A DNA stretch of 64,000 nucleotides, taken from positions 11,954-75,953 of the forward strand of contig CAUZDY010000002.1 in the NCBI GenBank assembly GCA_963578805.1. Reading direction: 5' to 3'. Source of the DNA: Vicinamibacteria bacterium. Lineage in GTDB: Bacteria > Acidobacteriota > Vicinamibacteria > Vicinamibacterales > UBA8438. Positions 1 through 7,979 of this stretch are shown here, piece after piece. Both the position numbers and the translations under genes were made by a program. The notes beneath the pieces are model-generated. The model had not been told where the DNA came from, searched no databases, and saw only the letters and a list, made by a program, of their open reading frames with translations. The first letter of the stretch is position 1, and the number at the start of each line of letters is the position of its first letter.

Positions 1-325
1 CGAGCATGCGGCATCCCGAGGTGTGAACGTGCTGCGGACCCAACGTCTGGCGTTCTTCAGCGCATCACTCGCGACGGGCGCGGCGGTTTCGCTGGGCGGT
101 CCAATCGGGTTCATCGGCATCATCGTTCCGCACATCGTGCGTCTCATAGTCGGGGCCGACCACCGGGTGGTACTGCCGGCGTCGGCCTTCCTCGGTGCAG
201 CGTTTCTCGTAATTTGTGACGTCGGAGCCCGAACGTTGATGGCGCCGGTCGAACTACCGGTTGGTGTCATCACGGCGATGCTTGGGGGACCGTTTTTCTT
301 GTGGTTACTCATACGCAGTCGATAG
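1..325 (+). CDS. FecCD-family (BtuC/FhuB-like) ABC transporter permease, C-terminal part; 5' end outside window
   Basis: Open frame runs from base 2. The translation ...LAFFSASLATGAAVSLGGPIGFIGIIVPHIVRLIVGADHRVVLP...ELPVGVITAMLGGPFFLWLL is the conserved C-terminal TM region of iron-siderophore/cobalamin ABC permeases. Confidence 0.85.
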   Translation, partial: EHAASRGVNVLRTQRLAFFSASLATGAAVSLGGPIGFIGIIVPHIVRLIVGADHRVVLPASAFLGAAFLVICDVGARTLMAPVELPVGVITAMLGGPFFLWLLIRSR

Positions 326-1236
326 GCACCAGTACGACATGCCCGACGGTCGTGGCCATCCTTGTCGTGGCGATCGGGTTGCTCTCGGCCCAGAATTCCG
401 GCCCCAAACGGATCATCTCGATCGTGCCCGCGGTCACCCAGATACTGTTCGCGATCGGCGCAGAATCTCGGCTCGTTGGAATCGGAAGCTTCGATCGTCT
501 CCCCGACGGTGACGATCGCGCAGCCGAACTCGTACGCGTCGGTGGACTCCTCGACCCTGATATGGAGCGAATCTTCACGCTTCGGCCGGATCTCGTCGTT
601 TTGTACCAGAGCCACGTGGACCAGCGTCAACAGCTGGAGCGTGCAGGTATCCCGGTGCTGGTGTACGAACACGCCGGTCTTGTCGACATTACAGAAACCA
701 TCCGTGATCTTGGAGTGCGTACTGGTCGGACGGTACAGGCCGAGTCCATCGCCGCCCAAATGGACACAGGTCTGGCTGCCATCCGGGCAAAGGTCGACGG
801 CCGACCAAGACCTCGCACACTCCTTGTGTTTTCACGAGAACCAATGGCGCTCCGTAATATCTACGCCAGCGGGGGCATTGGTTTCCTGCACGACATGCTT
901 GACACGGCCGGCGGGGAGAACGTCTTTGCGGAGGTCAGAAGCGAGAATATCGCACAGGTGAGCTCAGAGGCCATACTGGCAGCAGCCCCGGACGTCATTA
1001 TCGAAATTCGATTTGACGAATATCTACGAAAGAGTGTGATCGATGACGAGCGTGACGTGTGGCGGCAACTGTCAGCGCTCCCGGCTGTCCGTAATGGTCG
1101 GATTCACTTCGTGACGGGCCATCGTTTTGTGGTGCCTGGACCAGGGGTAATTGAGGCAACCGAGGAGCTCGCGCGAATGCTGCACCCGGAGGTCTTCGCT
1201 ACTCCACAAACTCGACCGGCACCGGGTGTGGGATAA
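301..1236 (+). CDS. Periplasmic substrate-binding protein of iron-siderophore/cobalamin ABC importer (BtuF/FhuD-like)
   Basis: N-terminal hydrophobic anchor/signal. RIISIVPAVTQILFAIGAESRLVGIGSFD and the C-terminal VVPGPGVIEATEELARML are typical of this binding-protein class. The start overlaps the permease stop, suggesting one operon. Confidence 0.8.
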   Translation: MVTHTQSIGTSTTCPTVVAILVVAIGLLSAQNSGPKRIISIVPAVTQILFAIGAESRLVGIGSFDRLPDGDDRAAELVRVGGLLDPDMERIFTLRPDLVVLYQSHVDQRQQLERAGIPVLVYEHAGLVDITETIRDLGVRTGRTVQAESIAAQMDTGLAAIRAKVDGRPRPRTLLVFSREPMALRNIYASGGIGFLHDMLDTAGGENVFAEVRSENIAQVSSEAILAAAPDVIIEIRFDEYLRKSVIDDERDVWRQLSALPAVRNGRIHFVTGHRFVVPGPGVIEATEELARMLHPEVFATPQTRPAPGVG

Positions 1237-2047
1237 GCTCCTTCTCGTAGGCTTCGCTGAACAGCCGCTCGACCGCCGCCCGACCCCGCTCACCGTAATC
1301 GAGCGTCAGCTCATTGACATACATTCCTACAAACCGGTCGGTTTGGTCTTCATCGAGACCTCGCCCGTACTGCTGTGCGTAATCGATGGCCTCCGTACGA
1401 TGACCGAGCGCGTAGGCGATACTGTCGTGAAGCAGCCGGGACACGCGACGCATCGTGTCGGCACCTAGGTCGCGCCGGATCACGTTGCACCCCAATGGCA
1501 ACGGAAGACCACCCGTCCGATCGGCCCACCACACCCCCAGATCGACAATCGGGCGAAGCCCTTCTTCGGCGTAGGTTAACTGTCCCTCGTGGATGAGGAG
1601 ACCCGCGTCGACCTTGCCCTCGTGTACGGCTGGCTGAATCTCGTCAAACGGAATCACTTCGTATGCCACGCCGGGATAGTAGAGCTGCAGCGCGAGATAC
1701 GCGGTGGTCAACGTGCCGGGAATCGCAACCGTGACCCCGTCAAGATCCGTCGGTCCGTCGGCCCGTGTAACGAGCACCGGCCCGTACCGATCACCCATAC
1801 TCGCGCCATGCGGCAGGAGCGCATATCGGTCGATCAGATACGCGTACGCATGAAACGAAACAGCCGTGACCTCGTACCGTTCGTCGAACGCATTGCGGTT
1901 CAAAGTCTCGATGTCGGCCAACACGTGCCCGACATCAAATCCGTCGACATCGACCGCACCGGACGCCAGGCCATAAAACATAAACGCATCGTCAGAGTCT
2001 GGACTATGGGCAACGGTAATCTTCATAGTCTGTTCAGTCATCGTCAT
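1199..2047 (-). CDS. MqnA/MqnD/SBP-family protein (futalosine-pathway related)
   Basis: KITVAHSPDSDDAFMFYGL... and GPVLV...IPGTLTTAYLALQLY...GLLIHEGQLTY match the MqnA/MqnD fold family. The true start may be the internal Met at 2026 (MKITVAH). Confidence 0.65.
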   Translation of the reverse strand: MTMTEQTMKITVAHSPDSDDAFMFYGLASGAVDVDGFDVGHVLADIETLNRNAFDERYEVTAVSFHAYAYLIDRYALLPHGASMGDRYGPVLVTRADGPTDLDGVTVAIPGTLTTAYLALQLYYPGVAYEVIPFDEIQPAVHEGKVDAGLLIHEGQLTYAEEGLRPIVDLGVWWADRTGGLPLPLGCNVIRRDLGADTMRRVSRLLHDSIAYALGHRTEAIDYAQQYGRGLDEDQTDRFVGMYVNELTLDYGERGRAAVERLFSEAYEKELIPHPVPVEFVE

Positions 2048-2585
2048 CGTCCGACTCGGCGTAGGGCCGAGCGGCTTGTCGAACCACGATCGTTAGGCCG
2101 AAGAGGGTAATCAAGAGCGAGGCCGTCAAGCCGACGTAGGCACCGACACCCATGACCGGGACTGGCACCTCGACGGCGGTCGTCCCCTGGACGATCGCCT
2201 GGGCCTGCAATCGCGCCCAGAGCTGGTCGGCGGCCGACCTCTCCAGAAATTGCTCTCCGAGCCAGAGGATCGCAAGGGCCGCCAGTCCGACCAGCAGCAG
2301 CGGATGCCTAGAGTTTCGGCGCGTCACGACACTCAGCGATGCCAGCAACACCGCCAGTAACCCCAATCCGAGCACCCACAATCCAGCGAGGCTTGGGATA
2401 CCGCCGAGTTCCCGGTCACCCAGTCTCGTCCATGGCAGAAACGCGCTGACAGCAAGGGCCACTCCGCACGCGAGCGGGAGATAGTACGCGCGCATACTGT
2501 GGTAGAACGCGCCGTAGAGACCCTCCCGCACCGACATCGCGGGGAGTGTACAGGAGTCTAAGGACGAACGTCGATACGGAGTCAC
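2034..2585 (-). CDS. Hypothetical integral membrane protein (4-5 predicted TM helices, acidic DDDDD tail)
   Basis: Long hydrophobic stretches in a GC-rich frame. No recognisable motif. Start uncertain. Confidence 0.45.
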   Translation of the reverse strand: MTPYRRSSLDSCTLPAMSVREGLYGAFYHSMRAYYLPLACGVALAVSAFLPWTRLGDRELGGIPSLAGLWVLGLGLLAVLLASLSVVTRRNSRHPLLLVGLAALAILWLGEQFLERSAADQLWARLQAQAIVQGTTAVEVPVPVMGVGAYVGLTASLLITLFGLTIVVRQAARPYAESDDDDD

Positions 2586-2616
2586 CCACGGGGTTTTAGC
2601 TTGGACCTTGTGCCAC

Positions 2617-2955
2617 CTACGAGTTTCGATAGATCGGTCTCACGAGCGCAGCCTTCCGACCGCGGGTCGCCTTCCCCCGCGCCGGCGGGAGTGCCTTCGA
2701 ATCAAGGTTCTCGAGACCTTTCAGAATGTCCGAGGCCCAGCTGAAGATGTTTCGACCGGCCACGGTGCGCCTGAGGAACGGCATCCGGCGGCGGCGCTCA
2801 TCGGTTGGTATATCGATCGCCAGTTCTAATGCCTGTGCGAACCGCTCGACATCGTAGGGATTGATGATGTGCTGGAAAGGCTCACGGTTGGACACGACCA
2901 CGAGCGGACTTGGCCGCCGGTCTGGCGCAATCGTCGGGTCTGGGTCGCTCGCCAT
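2617..2955 (-). pseudogene. Trehalose-6-phosphate synthase (OtsA-like) remnant with large internal in-frame deletion
   Basis: 112-aa ORF. The N-terminal LVVVSNREPFQH (OtsA N-terminal signature) is joined directly to IINPYDVERFAQALELAIDIPTDERRRRM...NIFSWASDILKGL (OtsA C-terminal region). The roughly 350-residue catalytic core is absent. Confidence 0.6.
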
Positions 2956-3077
2956 CTTTCTTGCCTGGGAGTCCGTCAGCGGTTGGAACCAACGCGCGGC
3001 GTGATGGCACGACTGGAGACCAACCCGCTCGCCACTGACTATTCCAGACCAGGACCACCGGTGGGGACCGCGGTGCC

Positions 3078-3404
3078 TCAGACGTTGAACGAGAGGCCGC
3101 AGCCGCACTCGCTCTTCGCGTTGGGATTTCTGAAGATCAGTGACTGTCCGAGCATCTCGGAATCACAGTCCAGCACGGTTCCATCCAGATAGGTGTAGCT
3201 CTTCTTGTCGACAAAAATGCGAGTCCCCTCTGAGCTCTTGAACACTTCGTCGGTGGGCTTGGGTGCAGTGTCCCACCGAAACACGTAGCTCATGCCGTTG
3301 CAACCACCGGCCTTAACGCCGACGCGTAACCCGCCTTCCGTGACGCCTTCACTAGCCATGGCCTCACGAATGCGCTTCGCCGCAGCAGCAGTGACCTCGA
3401 TCAT
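3078..3404 (-). CDS. iscA: HesB/IscA/ErpA-family iron-sulfur cluster insertion protein
   Basis: 108 aa. GLRVGVKAGGCNGMSY and the C-terminal CGCGLSF are the family's three-Cys signature. Confidence 0.9.
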   Translation of the reverse strand: MIEVTAAAAKRIREAMASEGVTEGGLRVGVKAGGCNGMSYVFRWDTAPKPTDEVFKSSEGTRIFVDKKSYTYLDGTVLDCDSEMLGQSLIFRNPNAKSECGCGLSFNV

Positions 3405-3411
3405 TGTCCTT

Positions 3412-3633
3412 CTAATCAGTGTATCCGATCGGCGCTAGCGTGATGCCAAGGATCAGCCTGGAAACCTGCTTTCGTGCCTTCTCGACGGCATCCCTTGCGG
3501 CCCAGCCGAAGGCATGATGGCGGCTGGCCGGATTACCGAAAGTCTTGGCGGAAAATGGCTGCCTCGCCTCGACGACCCTCGGATCAGTGGGAGTCGTGGC
3601 ATGGTGGTCCATGTAGATCGGTCGTCGAAGCAT
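3412..3633 (-). pseudogene. Cysteine desulfurase (IscS/NifS) N-terminal remnant
   Basis: [23 protein letters not shown]...[26 protein letters not shown] matches the first ~60 aa of IscS. The sequence then diverges and stops. The PLP-Lys and active-site Cys regions are missing, and no iscU follows. Confidence 0.6.
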
Positions 3634-3663
3634 TAGACCGCGCGACCGAAGGTGAGCGGCCAA

Positions 3664-4146
3664 CTAATCGACGGAACGCATCGGGACCGCAACAGATTCC
3701 GCGTAACCTAGCCTCACGGTCACCGGGAAGGTCGACCCGTGATCATCTTCGGCGAGCTCCTCAAGCGTGAACGAGGCGAGCGACTGCACAATCCGGTCTT
3801 TGAGACGCCAAAGCGGATCTCGCACATTGCACTTCGAATACTGATCGCACGTCTCGTCTTCATCCGAACAGGCGGTCACCAGTACCGGACCGTCAATCGC
3901 CCGAATGACCTCCGCGACCGAGATCAGGCTTGCTGGCCGCGAAAGCTGGTAACCTCCAAATGTGCCTTTATGCGATTCGAGCAGTCCACGCCGGGCCAAC
4001 CGCTGGAGCACCTTGGCCATCAGCTCGACAGGGATGTTGTATCGTGCAGCGATCTCACGCGCACTACACGATGTCCCGCGCTCACTTAATACCAGAGCCT
4101 TCAACGCAATCAGCGCGTAGTCAGTCTTCTTGGACAGTCGTAGCAT
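3664..4146 (-). CDS. iscR: Rrf2-family transcriptional regulator, IscR-like
   Basis: MLRLSKKTDYALIALKAL wHTH start. The Cys cluster CSDEDETCDQYSKC fits the IscR [2Fe-2S] ligand spacing. Sits upstream of the iscS remnant and iscA. Confidence 0.85.
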   Translation of the reverse strand: MLRLSKKTDYALIALKALVLSERGTSCSAREIAARYNIPVELMAKVLQRLARRGLLESHKGTFGGYQLSRPASLISVAEVIRAIDGPVLVTACSDEDETCDQYSKCNVRDPLWRLKDRIVQSLASFTLEELAEDDHGSTFPVTVRLGYAESVAVPMRSVD

Positions 4147-4246
4147 CAGGTGCTATCAGTATAGCGCTCGGACGGGTCCGGAGTCATGGGTCATAAGTCG
4201 GGGGTCGTGGAGGATCGGAGAGCAGCGGTCACCGCGACTCGCGACG

Positions 4247-5392
4247 TCAGTACTTGGGGAGCGACGGATCCACCCCGTCGATCCAGGCGAGAATCCCGCC
4301 GCGTAAATTCTTCGCCTTTACAAAGCCGGCCTTGTGGAGCAGCTTCACCGCCTTGGCGCTCCGCGCTCCCGACTTGCAGTGGACCACCATGTCGTCGCGC
4401 CCCTCCAATTCCACCAGCCGATCCGGAAGATCACCAAGCGGGATGAGCGTCGAGCTGGGAATCCGGCAAATTTGAAACTCCTGTGGCTCTCGGACATCCA
4501 GGATGAACACTCCATCGGCCCTATCTAGACGCGTCTTGAGCTCTTCGACCGTGGTCTCTACACCCGCAGCCGGTTCGGCGACCGACAGAGCTGGAGTGAT
4601 GCCGCAGAATTGCTCGTAGTCGATCAACTCTGTGACCGTCGGGTTGTCGCCGCAAACCGGGCACTCAGGATCTCGACGAAGCTTAAGCTCCCGGAATCGC
4701 ATCCGCAACGCATCATAAATCATGAACCGATTAACCAACGGTTCACCCACTCCGATGATCAACTTGACCGCTTCTGTGGCTTGAATCGTCCCGATCACGC
4801 CCGGCAGAATCCCCAGAACGCCACCTTCAGCGCAACTTGGCACCAGACCGGGCGGCGGCGGCTCAGGATACAAGCAGCGGTAGCATGGTCCGTCCTTGGT
4901 CGCGAAGACCGATGCCTGGCCCTCGAAGCGAAAGATGCTTCCGTAGACGTTCGGTTTGCCTAGGATCACGCAGGCGTCGTTGACAAGATACCGTGTCGGA
5001 AAGTTGTCGGTGCCGTCGACGATGATGTCGTAACCGGCAAGCAGGTCCAACGCGTTCTCTGACGAAAGCGCGACATCGTGGGTCTCAACCTTTACCTCTG
5101 GATTGAGCGCGTTCAGACGGTCACGGGCTGAGTCGAGTTTTGAGCGACCCACGTCGAGCGTGGTGTGAATCACCTGCCGCTGCAGGTTGCTGTGGTCGAC
5201 CACGTCGAAGTCCACAATGCCGATTCTCCCTACACCGGCGGCCGCAAGATACATGGCTACAGGCGAACCAAGCCCGCCGGCACCGATGCAGAGCACGCTC
5301 GCTGCCTTGAGCTTGAGCTGCCCGTCCATGCCAACTTCAGGCATAATGAGATGGCGGCTGTATCGGGCAACCTCTTCGTTGCTTAACGTCAT
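4247..5392 (-). CDS. moeZ: MoeB/ThiF-type adenylyltransferase with C-terminal rhodanese domain (MoeZ-like sulfur-carrier activating enzyme)
   Basis: RYSRHLIMPEVGMDGQLKLKAASVLCIGAGGLGSP nucleotide-binding motif. CYRCLYP...CAEGGVLG zinc/catalytic region. C-terminal rhodanese with the HCKSGARS active-site loop. Confidence 0.9.
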   Translation of the reverse strand: MTLSNEEVARYSRHLIMPEVGMDGQLKLKAASVLCIGAGGLGSPVAMYLAAAGVGRIGIVDFDVVDHSNLQRQVIHTTLDVGRSKLDSARDRLNALNPEVKVETHDVALSSENALDLLAGYDIIVDGTDNFPTRYLVNDACVILGKPNVYGSIFRFEGQASVFATKDGPCYRCLYPEPPPPGLVPSCAEGGVLGILPGVIGTIQATEAVKLIIGVGEPLVNRFMIYDALRMRFRELKLRRDPECPVCGDNPTVTELIDYEQFCGITPALSVAEPAAGVETTVEELKTRLDRADGVFILDVREPQEFQICRIPSSTLIPLGDLPDRLVELEGRDDMVVHCKSGARSAKAVKLLHKAGFVKAKNLRGGILAWIDGVDPSLPKY

Positions 5393-5694
5393 CGACTCAG
5401 TCCGGTCGCCACCGAACCGGTCCCACCGGCCACTGACGGCACAATGCTGATAGTGTCACCCTCCGCAACCGGCGTGTCCTCTTTCTGGAGATATCTGATG
5501 TCGTCGTCGTTGAGATAGACGTTGACGAAGCTCCGTAGTCGGCCATCCTCGTTGTAGAGATGATTTTGTAGTTCCGAGTACTTAGCAGTCAGGTTCTGTA
5601 AAAGCTCACCTACTGTTTCTCCGTCTACCTGCACGACATCCTGCTTGCCCACATACGCACGAAGCGGTGTCGGTATCAGTACATCATTGGCCAT
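5389..5694 (-). CDS. cysO: MoaD/ThiS/CysO-family ubiquitin-like sulfur carrier with a 10-residue extension after the Gly-Gly
   Basis: 101 aa beta-grasp-like sequence ending ...GDTISIVPSVAGG-TGSVATGLSR. The stop overlaps the moeZ start (ATGA). Context is JAMM + CysM + MoeZ. Confidence 0.8.
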   Translation of the reverse strand: MANDVLIPTPLRAYVGKQDVVQVDGETVGELLQNLTAKYSELQNHLYNEDGRLRSFVNVYLNDDDIRYLQKEDTPVAEGDTISIVPSVAGGTGSVATGLSR

Positions 5695-5705
5695 GTTAAT
5701 TTGCC

Positions 5706-6140
5706 CTATCCGTTACGTCGTTCGATGTGTCCTTCATCGAACGCTGAGCGGTCTTCGCGTAGACGCCAAGAGGTCATCGCGCCAGGTTTCCCCTTCTCGA
5801 CGGCAATAATCACGTAGGTGAATTCCGGCCACGCGTGAGCCAGATCATACTGGGACGGCCGAGCTGGGTGGTCTGGGTGTGAATGATAAAAACCAATCAA
5901 CGTGTAGCCAGACTCGGTCGCATGTCGCTCCGCCGCTCGATAATCGTGTGGGTTGACGAGGAAACGTCGTCGTGGCCCTTCCTCGGTTGTGTTCGGTAGC
6001 GACAAGCACTCCCCCACGAAATTACCGATCCCAATCAAGGCGCCGCAGCATTCGTTTGGATACGTCTCACGACCGTGATTCTGGATGTGCGTGGCGACGT
6101 CGTTACTCACGATCAGCGCCTTCTCGTAACCGTTCACCAT
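5706..6140 (-). CDS. mec: JAMM/MPN+ metalloprotease (Mec-like)
   Basis: E-x-CG (NECCGALIG) and HSHPDHPARPSQYD form the JAMM zinc motif. Start set at Met 6140 to avoid overlap with the upstream gene; the ORF track extends to 6278. Confidence 0.85.
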   Translation of the reverse strand: MVNGYEKALIVSNDVATHIQNHGRETYPNECCGALIGIGNFVGECLSLPNTTEEGPRRRFLVNPHDYRAAERHATESGYTLIGFYHSHPDHPARPSQYDLAHAWPEFTYVIIAVEKGKPGAMTSWRLREDRSAFDEGHIERRNG

Positions 6141-6177
6141 TGACCTGGCTTCAGAGATTTCAGGCTTGAAGCCAGCC

Positions 6178-7515
6178 CTATTCCGCGTCAGTTTTGAAAC
6201 CATTTTCTCGCCATGCGAGAGTCCCTCCGGTAATGCTTCGTGCGTTGCGATAACCAAGAGACTTGAGGAACAGAACACCTGATAGCGAGGCGTTACCTCG
6301 CTGGCAGACGCTCAAAATCGGAGTGGCGAGATCGTTAGGAAACACTGAGAGATCGTCGCCAAGCTGCGAAAGTGGCACGCTGAGAGCGCCCGGGATATGC
6401 GCTTCTCGGTATTCCTTACTCGGACGTACATCTATTACGGATGACTTGCCATCCTGCCACTGCGCATGAGCAGTATCGACATCGATAGTCAAATTGGGGT
6501 TACCTCGAACGTTCTCCACCATCTTGTCGAGCAGCGCGTTTCTCGATGTGGCACGCTTGAGCTCCCGCGGTGTGAGGCCTGGTAGATACTTCACAACCGA
6601 CGATGCGTACTTGAACGCGCTGTCAGGAAAAAGCACAACCGCAATGTTCCCAGGTTCGTCTGGCACAAGTTTAAATGCGCCAGACAGCGCCATGGCTGAA
6701 CTTGGACCGGCGATCATGCTCTCCTCCCGATTTAGGCGCAGGCAGAGATCGAACGCATCCTGGTTTGTCACCTCAACCAAGCCGTCGTACTCATCAGGAA
6801 TGAAAAGTTTTGTTTGCTGTAGCTGACGGATACTGCGCACGCCGGGAATATCGTGTCCCTCTTCTGGGTGCACACCAAGAATCTTGATGGAACTCTTCAG
6901 CTCCTTGAGAAAACGTCCGGTTCCCGTAATCGTACCGCACGTACCGAGCCCCGCTACGAAGTGTGTCACCTCCCCCTCAGTCTGCCGCCAGATCTCTGGC
7001 CCGGTTGTTTTGTAGTGCGCCTCAGGGTTAGCTTCGTTGGCGTACTGGTTCAGCATGTGAAACTCGGGACGATCGCCGATCTCGGTAGCCTTCGCAATGG
7101 CTCCCTCCGGCGCCCCCGGTGCCGGACAGAGTGTGTCCTCCAGCTCTATCACGTCGGCGCCGAAAAAGCGTAGCATCGTGCGCTTCTCGAGTGGGATCTC
7201 ACTCGAGAGCGGCGTTGTCAGCGAATAACCTCTGACGTTTGCGATCATGGCTAGCGCCATACCCGTATTTCCGGAGGTTGGCTCAACGAGCTTTTGGTGG
7301 TCGTGCACCGTGTGACGAGCTTCCCCATCGACGATCAAATTTACTGCGACGCGATCCTTTACCGCCCCGAACGGGTTATACCACTCGAGCTTGCCGTACA
7401 CTTGGGTGTACTTGAAGGGCAACACCCGGTTCAGACGCACGAGCGGCGTAGGATTTTCGGCACTGGAAAGTAGGCCCAGAATAGAATCGTAGACACGAAG
7501 GGAATGGTTGTTCAT
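6178..7515 (-). CDS. cysM: PLP-dependent cysteine synthase (CysM-like) fused to a C-terminal rhodanese domain
   Basis: The NPFGAVKDR PLP-lysine motif and TSGNTGMALAMIA are cysteine synthase/fold-type II signatures. The last ~100 aa (VIDVRPSKEYREAHIPGA...CQRGNAS...GGTLAW) is a rhodanese domain with a catalytic Cys loop. Confidence 0.85.
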   Translation of the reverse strand: MNNHSLRVYDSILGLLSSAENPTPLVRLNRVLPFKYTQVYGKLEWYNPFGAVKDRVAVNLIVDGEARHTVHDHQKLVEPTSGNTGMALAMIANVRGYSLTTPLSSEIPLEKRTMLRFFGADVIELEDTLCPAPGAPEGAIAKATEIGDRPEFHMLNQYANEANPEAHYKTTGPEIWRQTEGEVTHFVAGLGTCGTITGTGRFLKELKSSIKILGVHPEEGHDIPGVRSIRQLQQTKLFIPDEYDGLVEVTNQDAFDLCLRLNREESMIAGPSSAMALSGAFKLVPDEPGNIAVVLFPDSAFKYASSVVKYLPGLTPRELKRATSRNALLDKMVENVRGNPNLTIDVDTAHAQWQDGKSSVIDVRPSKEYREAHIPGALSVPLSQLGDDLSVFPNDLATPILSVCQRGNASLSGVLFLKSLGYRNARSITGGTLAWRENGFKTDAE

Positions 7516-7979
7516 CGTTTAGCGAATCCTTACATACACCGTCTGTATTGCTGCTAGCGCAAGGCTGATCGTAGCATTTCGTTTAGACGCCGCGCAGGTG
7601 ACGGAGATGCTAACGTCTCGTGCGAGAAGCGACGCCGGATTGTATGGACGGCGGTGTTCGCTTATTCTGACCTGTAGGCCTGATGGAACCCTTCTCATTT
7701 TCTCACCGTGCTCGTCTTTGGGCTCGGGGTGGGCCATGGCCCGTACTCGGGGCGCACGCGAGGACGCTGACCTTCTTGGAGACCTGAGCGAGCCGGTCAA
7801 GATGGGTGAGGAGAAAGACTGAAGGTTAGTCGCGTCGGCTTCGGACCCATCGCGTGGTCGCTCGGCCTTCTTCAATTCTCAAGAATCACTACGGCCAGTC
7901 GGCCTTGAGGCGAGCCATAATCAGCACGTCTCAGTCGAGTGACGTGGGCGGACACAGCGAACCGAGGAGATAAAAACAC

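Noticed and set aside
7519-7875. 118-aa and 74-aa ORFs in the cysM/CoA-transferase intergenic region; also an SRP-RNA-like CAGGTC...AAGAAGGTCAGC string and a possible SAM riboswitch
   Set aside because: The ORFs have no motif or RBS. The SRP-like string does not match the conserved GGAAGGAAGCAGC core. No GAGGGA/GCAACC SAM-I core or B12 box is present.
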